Shown here piece after piece: positions 43,380 through 52,251 of a DNA stretch of 64,000 nucleotides; position 1 is the first letter of the stretch, and every line of letters starts with the position of its first letter. This DNA comes from Candidatus Poribacteria bacterium (GTDB taxonomy: Bacteria > Poribacteria > WGA-4E > WGA-3G). The notes under the pieces are model-generated. The model saw only the letters and a program-made list of their open reading frames with translations, made no database searches and was not told where the DNA came from. The stretch is taken from the NCBI GenBank assembly GCA_965197475.1, contig CBDANF010000003.1, forward strand, positions 3,424,001 through 3,488,000, read 5' to 3'. The translations under genes were made by a program, and so were the position numbers.

Positions 43380-46300
43380 ATGAATTCAGAAAGAACAATC
43401 AAACAGAACATTGAAAACGCCCTAAAGGAATTTGATAGCCAACCGATAAGAGACGCTGCAACACAACTCTTAGATATCCTCGGTTATCGTAGTAAGCGGA
43501 TCAGTAATGATGCGTTAGATAATGAGAAGTATAACAATCTCCTTGAATCTGCTCTTGAAACTTCTAATCCATCCAAGAAACTCCGCCTTGAAAAATGGCA
43601 AAGCTATAGTCGCATCATGCAAATAACAGATGAAGAGATTAACCAGCAACGAACACCTGAACGCCAATTCTTATTTGAGAGCACTAACATAAACGAAAAT
43701 CTCAGAACATCTTATATGTTCGTGGCTGTCGAACTTGATGGTCCTGCCTTTACACGCACCCAACTTGCAGACATTACCCGTTTTATTTGTAAGGAAGTAC
43801 CATATTCAATAATGGTAATGTTCCGATATAGTGATTATCTTTCCCTTGCAATCATCAATCGCAGACATCACAAACGAGATAAGTCCAGACAGGTTTTGGA
43901 GAAAGTTACACTCATCAAGGATATAAACCTAAATAAACCTAATCGCGCCCATATTGAAATAATCTATGACCTTTACCTCCGCAATCTCATCCAGACTCAA
44001 GAGGTTAACAACTTTGATACGCTCCACGATGAATGGGAAAAGATTCTCAATACAGAAGAGCTTAATAAACAGTTCTACCGGAAACTGTTCGCTTGGTATG
44101 AATGGGCAGTAGAAACAGCAACGTTCCCGACAGATGAGAATCGTGTGATAAAACCGGAAGAGCATGTCATTCGCCTCATCACACGCCTACTCTTTATCTG
44201 GTTTATCAAGGAAAAAGGATTGGTGGCAGATGCGTTGTTTAACAAAGCACAAATCCAAGACCTATTGAATGAAGATGACTTTGATAACGGCGATTCCTAC
44301 TATCGCGCCGTGCTACAAAACCTCTTTTTCGCCACGTTAAACACGGAGATTGACAAACGGACGTTTAGTAAGGGAGGCAATGCTAATCATCGCAATTTCT
44401 CACGGTATCGTTACAAAAAGCAGATGCAAGACCCTGATAAACTGCTATCTGTCTTTGCACAAACGCCGTTCATCAACGGCGGCTTGTTCGATTGTCTGGA
44501 TAGTTTTAAGGCAACAGGTGAAGGTGGTTACAGAATAGACTGCTTCTCTGATAATCAGTACCATAAGTTATCCATCCCGAACCACCTCTTTTTTGATGTC
44601 CAGCAAGGATTGATTCCCCTCCTCGAACATTACAAATTCACTGTTGAGGAAAACACACCGATAGATCAGGAGGTTGCATTGGACCCCGAACTGCTCGGCA
44701 GAGTGTTCGAAAACTTACTCGCCGCTATCAACCCAGAAACAGGAGAAACGGCGCGCAAGATGACAGGTTCCTACTATACCCCGCGCGCCATCGTAGACTA
44801 TATGGTGGAGGAGGCTCTCATCGCTACGTTATCCCAAAAGTGTCAACCGACTGTTGACAATGAAGTCCCTTGGGATGAACGATTGCGGTATCTGTTTGAC
44901 TATGCACAGATATTTGACGATGCAAGCGAATGGTTTGATGACCGCGAAACAGATGACATTGTGAAAACAATCTCTGAATTCAAGATATTGGATCCAGCGG
45001 TCGGTTCTGGGGCGTTTCCGATGGGCGTGTTGCACAAGTTGACTCTTGCACTGCGGCGACTTGACCCCGATAACAACCGATGGGAAGCATTACAGAAGGA
45101 ACTTGCCGGAAAACGCGCTGCTGCGGCATTCAACACCCAAAATCAACAGGAACGCGATGATGAACTGACCGAAATCAGTGAGACTTTTGAACGTTACCGA
45201 GATTCTGACTTCGGACGGAAGTTGTATCTGATACAAAATAGCATCTTCGGTGTAGATATTCAACCGATTGCGTGTCAAATTGCCAAACTTCGCTTTTTTA
45301 TCTCTCTTACGATTGAGCAGAAACCTGACAGCGGCGCGGAGAACTTTGGTATCAAGCCTCTGCCGAATTTGGAGACGCGGTTTGTTGCTGCAGATACATT
45401 GATAGGGCTTAAATTGCAGATGTCGTTGAAAAGCCAAAAAGCAGTGAATTTGGAACAAGAACTATGCAACAATCGTGAACGACATTTCCACGCGACCACA
45501 CGAAAACAGAAGCGAGACTGCAAAACTAAAGACGAAAAATTGCGCGCTGAATTGGCAGCAGAACTAAAGAGTCTCGGTGCGTTTGCTGATGACGCAGATA
45601 ATATCGCGCAGTGGGATATCTATGACCAGAATGAAATAGCAGAATGGTTTGATCCTGAATTGATGTTTGGGGTTACGGATGGGTTTGATGTGGTGATTGG
45701 CAATCCGCCTTATGTCCAATTGCAAAAGGATGGTGGGAGACTTGGAAATCTCTATCAAAATGTGGGTTTTGATACCTTTGCCCGCACAGGTGACATTTAC
45801 TGCCTGTTCTATGAAAAAGGGCATAAACTCTTGAAAAGCACAGGACATCTCTGTTTCATAACTTCCAACAAATGGATGCGCGCTGGCTATGGTAAAAAGT
45901 TGAGAAATTATTTCATCTTACACATACAACCCGTTCAATTACTGGATATGGGACCTGACGTGTTTGATGCTACTGTGGACACGAACATTCTTCTTGTACG
46001 AAACAACTCAATATTTGATGATGTTAATTCCTTTAGAGCTGCAACCATTGGTGCAGACTTTGACAGACAGACCGATAATATTGCCCAACACCTAAAAGAT
46101 AATGGCGTGGATATGGAGATGCCCACAGAAGATGAACCGTGGGCGATTCTTTCATCTGCTGAACTCAACATAAAACGCAAAATTGAGGATGTCGGAACAC
46201 CGCTTAAAGAGTGGGATATAAACATCTATCGTGGAATTGTGACAGGTTGTAATGAGGCGTTTATTATAGACGAGGCAAAACGTGAGGAACTTATTGAGCA

Positions 46301-46994
46301 AGATCCGAGGTCGGCCGAAATCATCAAACCCGTTTTGCGTGGACGTGATATTAAACGCTACTACGCCAGACCATCGGGATTTTATATTCTTGCAACTGGT
46401 TACGATCTGGATATTCCGAATAGGTATCCTGCTATCTTCGGTCACCTTGAAGATATTGGAGAACAGATCGACTCTGGAAGAATAAGAGTGAAAGGAAAAG
46501 GACTATTTGAAAGAGATGACCAAGGTGAAAATTGGTGGAATCTTAGGGCTTGTGCTTATTATTCCGAATTTGATAAGGAAAAGATAGTTTGGGGAAACAT
46601 CGCTTATAGTAGCACTTTTTGTTATGCGGCTCCGAGTGTATTTATCAATGCACCAGCAAATCTTTTAACCTCAGATTCTAACGATATCAAGTATCTATTA
46701 GCATGCATGAACTCAAATATATTTAATTGGGAGTTTGTAAAGTTAGGGATTCCTTTAGGTTATGCTTTTGAGTGGAAAAAGCAATACGTTGAGTTGATAC
46801 ATGTTCCACCTATCACAGATGCAAATCAACCTATTATCGAACAGATTGAAATACGAGTTGACAAAATCCTTGACGCAAAACGCACTGCCCCGGACGCTGA
46901 CACTTCCTCCCTTGAAGATGAGATTGATAAACTGGTATACGGCTTATACGACTTAACTGACGGTGAGATTGCTATTGTGGAGGGGAGTGTATGA
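43380..46994 (+). CDS. Large Eco57I/TaqI-like N6-adenine methyltransferase with target-recognition domain
   Basis: GSYYTP, DPAVGSGAF and GNPPYV motifs. TaqI_C-like C-terminus (LR.CAYY.EF.KEKIVW). Confidence 0.9.
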   Translation: MNSERTIKQNIENALKEFDSQPIRDAATQLLDILGYRSKRISNDALDNEKYNNLLESALETSNPSKKLRLEKWQSYSRIMQITDEEINQQRTPERQFLFESTNINENLRTSYMFVAVELDGPAFTRTQLADITRFICKEVPYSIMVMFRYSDYLSLAIINRRHHKRDKSRQVLEKVTLIKDINLNKPNRAHIEIIYDLYLRNLIQTQEVNNFDTLHDEWEKILNTEELNKQFYRKLFAWYEWAVETATFPTDENRVIKPEEHVIRLITRLLFIWFIKEKGLVADALFNKAQIQDLLNEDDFDNGDSYYRAVLQNLFFATLNTEIDKRTFSKGGNANHRNFSRYRYKKQMQDPDKLLSVFAQTPFINGGLFDCLDSFKATGEGGYRIDCFSDNQYHKLSIPNHLFFDVQQGLIPLLEHYKFTVEENTPIDQEVALDPELLGRVFENLLAAINPETGETARKMTGSYYTPRAIVDYMVEEALIATLSQKCQPTVDNEVPWDERLRYLFDYAQIFDDASEWFDDRETDDIVKTISEFKILDPAVGSGAFPMGVLHKLTLALRRLDPDNNRWEALQKELAGKRAAAAFNTQNQQERDDELTEISETFERYRDSDFGRKLYLIQNSIFGVDIQPIACQIAKLRFFISLTIEQKPDSGAENFGIKPLPNLETRFVAADTLIGLKLQMSLKSQKAVNLEQELCNNRERHFHATTRKQKRDCKTKDEKLRAELAAELKSLGAFADDADNIAQWDIYDQNEIAEWFDPELMFGVTDGFDVVIGNPPYVQLQKDGGRLGNLYQNVGFDTFARTGDIYCLFYEKGHKLLKSTGHLCFITSNKWMRAGYGKKLRNYFILHIQPVQLLDMGPDVFDATVDTNILLVRNNSIFDDVNSFRAATIGADFDRQTDNIAQHLKDNGVDMEMPTEDEPWAILSSAELNIKRKIEDVGTPLKEWDINIYRGIVTGCNEAFIIDEAKREELIEQDPRSAEIIKPVLRGRDIKRYYARPSGFYILATGYDLDIPNRYPAIFGHLEDIGEQIDSGRIRVKGKGLFERDDQGENWWNLRACAYYSEFDKEKIVWGNIAYSSTFCYAAPSVFINAPANLLTSDSNDIKYLLACMNSNIFNWEFVKLGIPLGYAFEWKKQYVELIHVPPITDANQPIIEQIEIRVDKILDAKRTAPDADTSSLEDEIDKLVYGLYDLTDGEIAIVEGSV

Positions 46995-47099
46995 ATCGCG
47001 GATTTGCGCGGATTACACGGATTACGCGGATTTTTGAGTTTGTAGCGTCTCTGTAGCTGCTGTGAAAAAATTAACTATTTAGATTTTGGAGGATAAATT

Positions 47100-48341
47100 A
47101 TGAGTACTGAAAATGACTTGAGCAAGGTTAAGGAAAAAATCAACGAAATTGAGGAAAAATCTGGTGATGGGGGTTACATTTTCCGCGGTGAACGTCAATG
47201 CAATAAAAAAGTGTCCTCAAACCTTTACCGAGATTTTGATGTGGGAGATATGCAAGGATTTGATATAGAGGTTGTCCAAAAAGAGATGCTTAACGGTGCT
47301 AAAAAACATACAGGACATCTTCCGCTGACAGGTGATTTGCCCAAGGATTTTCGCCCGATTTTCGCAAGAATGTTTAGCGTGAGAGAAGAAGATACTGCTG
47401 AAACTGTAGATTTTGAGATTCTTACTGAAATCCAGCATTATGGAGGAAAGACTAATCTAATTGACTTCACAACTGACTACTTGGTTGCGCTATTCTTTGC
47501 TTGCGATGGTCACCATGATAAAGAGGGTCGAGTGATACTTCAAAAAGCGGATGAAATACAGGACATGATAAGGTATCCTCGGAATCCACGACATCGCGTC
47601 GCTGGGCAAAAAAGTGTGTTTGTTCGTCATCCTAAAGGCTTTATTGAACCGCATAAGGACAACATAGTTATTATTCCGGCAAATCTAAAAAAAACTATGC
47701 TACAACATCTACGAAAGTACCATGGCATTTATACGGAGACAATCTATAATGATCTTTATGGATTTATTAGAAATCAAGACATTCATGGAGATGCTTACAC
47801 GCAGTTTTATAGAGGTGTAACTTGTCAAAATAGAGCAGATGAAGCGACAACCACTGAAGTGAAACAGCAAGAATATGAAAATGCCATTCAGTATTATACC
47901 GAGTCGATAAAATATAAACCAGATTACACACCTGCCTATAATAATCGTGGGAATGCTTACTGCAGAATAGGTAAGTTTCAAAAGGCAATTGAAGACTTCA
48001 ATAAAGCGATAGAAATACAACCTGATAATGACAAAGTCTATTACAATCGGGGTGTCGTTTATAATAAAAAAGGACTGTATGGCAAGGCGATTGAGGACTA
48101 TAACAAAGCAATAGAAATACAACCTGATAATGACAAAGCCTATCATAATCGCGGAGAAGTGTGGTTGCATCTCAAAGATTGGGAAAAAGCCAAAGCCGAT
48201 CTGATAACTGCGAAGGAGATGGGAGTTGATATCGTTGCTGCATTTCGTAACGACTATGAAAGTGTTGCGGATTTTGAGCAGAAAACGGGTATTCAGTTAC
48301 CAGAAGACATCGCCGCACTGCTAACACCCCCGCAGGCATAG
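47100..48341 (+). CDS. FRG-domain plus TPR protein
   Basis: YIFRGE, QHYGG.T.LIDFT....ALFFAC and R...Q.SVF motifs, then TPRs. Confidence 0.85.
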   Translation: MSTENDLSKVKEKINEIEEKSGDGGYIFRGERQCNKKVSSNLYRDFDVGDMQGFDIEVVQKEMLNGAKKHTGHLPLTGDLPKDFRPIFARMFSVREEDTAETVDFEILTEIQHYGGKTNLIDFTTDYLVALFFACDGHHDKEGRVILQKADEIQDMIRYPRNPRHRVAGQKSVFVRHPKGFIEPHKDNIVIIPANLKKTMLQHLRKYHGIYTETIYNDLYGFIRNQDIHGDAYTQFYRGVTCQNRADEATTTEVKQQEYENAIQYYTESIKYKPDYTPAYNNRGNAYCRIGKFQKAIEDFNKAIEIQPDNDKVYYNRGVVYNKKGLYGKAIEDYNKAIEIQPDNDKAYHNRGEVWLHLKDWEKAKADLITAKEMGVDIVAAFRNDYESVADFEQKTGIQLPEDIAALLTPPQA

Positions 48342-48357
48342 CAGTCCAACAAAAAAT

Positions 48358-48540
48358 TGTCAGAATCGCAGATTTGCACAGATTACGCGGATGACGCTGA
48401 TTAGTCTTCTGCTGTACGTATACGCCAATCCTGTAAAAAGCACCTTGAAATACCAACAAAAAATCCGCGTAAATCTGCGTCATCCGCGTAAACCGCGATT
48501 CAGACAAGAGAGACAATCTGCGCCATCCGAGATTCAGACG
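48358..48540. repeat. Inverted CGCGGATT/AATCCGCG-type repeat cluster (relatives at ~46995-47035 and ~59835-59890)
   Basis: TGTCAGAATCGCAGATTTGCAC.. pairs with ..CCGCGATTCAGACA. Confidence 0.65.
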
Positions 48541-48607
48541 GCTCCACAAACCGCGCAACTATCACTTGACAGTGTTAAAATTAATACGGTAAAATGGATA
48601 ATAGGGA

Positions 48608-48949
48608 ATGGAAATCAGCGGCTTAAGAATTCCGGACGATGCTCTCGTTGTTCGTGGCGGCAGAAACCAAGCGAGCGACATTCAACGAGGGACTAGCACG
48701 CATCCGGCTGGAATCACTGGTGTGTCGGTAGAAAGTGCCGAAGGTGTTTCCGTTGCGGAATTAGCACAAACCATTCCGCACAGACAAATTGGCATAACAG
48801 CCGTTGCGGAGGTCCGGAAAGCAGGTGGTGATGTGGTACGAACTGCTGGTCGGAGTCCTCATCATGCAACGTTGACAGGACTGACACCCAAACAAGTTAG
48901 TAAACTACTGACACCGACAGTTCCAAATCCTGGGAGGGAAAGAAGATGA
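48608..48949 (+). CDS. Small putative toxin-like protein
   Basis: VVRGG..GVSV..PH..IG...GGDV.....HATL. Own promoter TTGACA-18-TAAAAT at 48566-48595. Confidence 0.55.
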   Translation: MEISGLRIPDDALVVRGGRNQASDIQRGTSTHPAGITGVSVESAEGVSVAELAQTIPHRQIGITAVAEVRKAGGDVVRTAGRSPHHATLTGLTPKQVSKLLTPTVPNPGRERR

Positions 48950-49236
48950 ACGAACTCAAAGTTTTCGCAGACTTCCACAACACAGACGTAAAAGGCAGGG
49001 TGCGGTTGAACTGCGCTGGTACGATAGCAGATCTCGAACGTCAAGGAATTGAACTGCAAGATGGACAATCCCTTATCATCTATAGCGAAGAGTTAGAGGT
49101 TGAGGGCATCGTTCACTATTCAGAAGAAGAAAAATTGTGGACAGCCGTGATTGATTGGAATGCCATTCGAGAAGTCCAACCTATAATCCCTCAGTCCGCA
49201 ATTCAAGCCATCAGCCACATGAGGGAGAAAAAATAG
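48946..49236 (+). CDS. Small acidic putative immunity/antitoxin protein
   Basis: ATGA-coupled to the previous gene. ADFHN.D..GRVRL..GT..DL..W.AVIDW. Confidence 0.55.
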   Translation: MNELKVFADFHNTDVKGRVRLNCAGTIADLERQGIELQDGQSLIIYSEELEVEGIVHYSEEEKLWTAVIDWNAIREVQPIIPQSAIQAISHMREKK

Positions 49237-49744
49237 GCAAACGGTGGCTACATTACCGCGGGAAAATGAATACTATGTGGGGCGATTCAGACAACATCTT
49301 GTAGTGAATAAACATCATACACGCTTGCATATTCTCAACTTGCCCCTACCAACTTGCCTTCAAATCACCCCAAGTTGTTCTTCACAACTGTTCATATTTT
49401 GTCCGAGGGATCTCCGAATCGTGACACGGTGTCGGGATTCGGAGATCCCTCCTACCTTTGGATGTCGTCAGTAATCGGAAAAGTTGCGGAATTCAAAACC
49501 AAACGAGACAAACATCTGAAATATAAACATACCAAATGTTAACTATCACAACGCGTTATGTAGAATAAAAAATACACTACATAATGTAAACATTATCCAA
49601 ATATATTACGTTATTGATATCAAATTCAGAAGTTGTTGCGTTCTGGTTCATATAAACAGAATGTAGTAATTGAATTTGTTCCAGTCAACATATCAAATGC
49701 ATATCTATATCGTCAGCCAATTTTATCTCTAAAAGGAGTTACCA

Positions 49745-50131
49745 ATGAAAAGATCAATCGCTATTTCCGCAATTGTGTTGATGTTGTTCAGCATCTTTCT
49801 GTATCCCATCGCACCACAAGCGCAAGAATCTGAAATCCAACGTGCAGAAGCAGATGCGAAACGTGATGCGAGCCAGGATATTTCAACAATCTCTTGGGGA
49901 ATTGGAGGCTTTTTTTGTAGTGTGTGTGCCGTGGCTTATGTCTATGTCAATAAACCTACAATACCTGCCTCTCGATTTGTTGGAAAGTCTGCGGAATATA
50001 CTAACTTCTATACAGAAATTTACCAGCGAGAAGCACGAAAGCAACGCAGTCAGGCCGCCATGATTGGCTGCCTCGCCGGTTCTGTTTTCAACACTATAAC
50101 ATACTATCTTTACGATCAATCACAACAATAA
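49745..50131 (+). CDS. Hypothetical membrane protein
   Basis: AAGGAG RBS, signal peptide and two hydrophobic segments. Confidence 0.7.
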   Translation: MKRSIAISAIVLMLFSIFLYPIAPQAQESEIQRAEADAKRDASQDISTISWGIGGFFCSVCAVAYVYVNKPTIPASRFVGKSAEYTNFYTEIYQREARKQRSQAAMIGCLAGSVFNTITYYLYDQSQQ

Positions 50132-50141
50132 CTTTTTGTGA

Positions 50142-50172
50142 AAAAGGGCATGACTATACAAGTCATGCCCTT
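50142..50172. terminator. Strong hairpin (terminator-like)
   Basis: AAGGGCATGACT-ATACA-AGTCATGCCCTT. Confidence 0.7.
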
Positions 50173-50442
50173 CCTTATCCCGATTCCTGCATTCAAAACC
50201 GAAAACTGAATGCCTCTGACACTTCTTATATCAAATTAACCCGATTTGTCCTATTTTCCCGACGGTAGGTGCGGTTTCCTAACCGCACCGAGTGGGATCC
50301 TGTTAATTTGGTATTACACCCAAGCAAGGTGCGTAAAGTTTTTGACATTAACCTGCCTCTCTTTTGTAGGAGGGGTTTTCAACCCGATATATTGCCGTTG
50401 ATTTGGCGAAAATCCGAGATTCACACAGAAAAAACGCATGAA

Positions 50443-50528
50443 CAATATATATCCAATATAATCCCAATATATATCCAATAAATCACCACACTTTTTATTT
50501 GATTTAACACAAAAAAGCATCGTATAAT
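50443..50528 (+). promoter_or_regulatory. Four 11-bp direct repeats followed by a sigma70 promoter
   Basis: CAATATATATC-like x4 at 50443-50486. TTGATT-18 bp-TATAAT at 50499-50528. Confidence 0.65.
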
Positions 50529-50532
50529 TAAC

Positions 50533-51166
50533 ACGTGTTTAGAATGCAACGCCCAATACGGCAACACGAGCTTTTGATACTCTAAGAGGGGGTGAGGTTC
50601 CCTGACGAAGCGACCACACGGGAACACAACTTTACAGCCACAACAGTCGCTCGAAATCTCGATTAGGAGCCGTGGGCAGTCTCTTTGGATCCGCGACACC
50701 AAACGGAGACGAAACAACACCAACACGGAAAAGGATCGCGTAAATTCTCACGAAGTCGTGGGGGATTTCCGTTGCCCAACGGCATCAATGGAAACTCAGA
50801 TATGTATGAAACATCTATTTCATAAATCTTGGAGGGTTTGTAACCCCGACAATATCCTACATTTCTTGTAGGAGGGGTTTGTAACCCCGATTACAATCGG
50901 ATTTATGAGATATGTTCTACATACCCACAGGAATATGTCGTTTAAAATCTCACAGAGTTGCGGAGGTTCAACTGACACTAACGGCCCCAGAAACCGAACC
51001 AAACATAATTCCGTAGAAAAGGACCGTTTAAAATCTCATAGAGTCGTGGCATTTTCAGAGACACCGCAGCTTCTCAGAAACGACCATACCTCACGTCAAT
51101 AGCTGCAAACTCCCAGTCCGTAAAGCTGGAACTCGTAAAGTTGTATTTGGGCTTTGCATTCCACGT
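50533..51166 (+). ncRNA. Candidate large structured ncRNA with five tandem pseudoknot modules
   Basis: The 5' and 3' ends are complementary over ~35 nt. Five ~80-90-nt modules show co-varying loop-tail pairing. No credible ORF. Confidence 0.7.
50801..50923. mobile_element. Small MITE/REP insertion inside the candidate ncRNA
   Basis: Imperfect IRs TATGTA..CATAAATC / GATTTATG..TACATA, with TA at both ends. Internal GTAGGAGGGGTTTGTAACCCCGA REP. A related end is at ~5131. Confidence 0.65.
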
Positions 51167-51304
51167 TTTCTGCGCGTCTTGCTACCATGCCCGTTACATT
51201 GTAGAGCGGGGTCCCTGTGTTTCCCGCCATCTGTCTTAACTAAGATTATCAGTATTGTATTGGATTGAACTTACGAAACCGAACAAGAGCAAAAAACATG
51301 AAAA

Positions 51305-51365
51305 CACGTCCTAATTCTTGTACCGCTTGACATTAGCACGTCCGTGGGACGTGCAAAACGTCCCA
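51305..51365 (+). promoter_or_regulatory. Operator-like palindrome overlapping the promoter of the HTH gene
   Basis: TTGACA at 51327, GCACGTCC-GTG-GGACGTGC at 51336-51354, and extra ACGTCC half-sites on both sides. Confidence 0.6.
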
Positions 51366-51378
51366 ATTTACACACAAT

Positions 51379-51978
51379 ATGAGGAACATTATGAACATTG
51401 ATGTAGAAACCTTGGATGAGGAAACCCTGAATATAGAAACCTCGGATAAGGAAACGCCGGATATTGAAACCCTTGAAGAATCACTAATTGAAATTGCAAA
51501 GACACTTGGATGCGAAGAAACCGTTGAGACATATCACAACATGATGAATAACACAACCGAGGAAGGCAACGAAACTAACGCAGAAGAGGAGCTCTTTGAT
51601 GCCGAATCTTACTCACTTGATGCTACCCTCGTCCGTGTCCGAATGAAAGAACGCAATCTTGCACTCACAGACTTACAAGAAAAAATCGGTGTCGCCTATC
51701 GAACCCTTACCCGATGGCTCAGCAAGGACGACTTCCCAAAACATCGGAACATCCTCAAACTCGCGGAAGTACTAAACCTTGAACCTTATCAGTTGGTATA
51801 TAGGTGGAGGAGGTACGGGAATAACCGACCCAATAATAATAATGATGCACTCCGCTATGTCCAAAGACGAATCGAAACCATCGTCACCGAAATCCTTGAC
51901 GACAAGGAAACTTCTAAGGAGAAAAAACTTGACGCACTCGTCAAATACCACAACATCCTCCTCAAGGCAACAAGGTAA
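51379..51978 (+). CDS. XRE-family HTH protein with an acidic repeat N-terminus
   Basis: L...M.E..L...DL...IGV..RTL.RW....FP...NI.KLAEVL. Confidence 0.8.
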   Translation: MRNIMNIDVETLDEETLNIETSDKETPDIETLEESLIEIAKTLGCEETVETYHNMMNNTTEEGNETNAEEELFDAESYSLDATLVRVRMKERNLALTDLQEKIGVAYRTLTRWLSKDDFPKHRNILKLAEVLNLEPYQLVYRWRRYGNNRPNNNNDALRYVQRRIETIVTEILDDKETSKEKKLDALVKYHNILLKATR

Positions 51979-52251
51979 AAATGAATTATACATTATTGGA
52001 ACGGAAACAAATATGGCTGGAGCATACAGTGCCGCCTCAGTTGTCTAAACGTGAAGGTACCCGTAAAATCAAAATCTGCTGAATAGAAATACGCGTTTCA
52101 AACTAATACCATAGCTACTAATCCGCGTTGGGAAGAAGTTTGGGATATAGACTTCGATCTTAACGTTGGCACAGAGATTCGGAAAACACGTCTATCCGTG
52201 GCCAGAGTGTAAAAGGAAAGATTAAAGGCAAAGCAAGATGCTATTTTGTGT

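Noticed and set aside
50594-50660. Hammerhead ribozyme (CTGACGA...CGAAA)
   Set aside because: There is no room for stem I between the putative cleavage triplet and CTGA. The same pairing is better explained as the module pseudoknot seen in all five units.
50533-51166. tmRNA, RNase P RNA or 6S RNA as the identity of the structured region
   Set aside because: It lacks a tRNA-like acceptor/T-arm end, has no GAGGAAAGTCC RNase P signature, and is too long and modular for 6S. Rfam has not been run.
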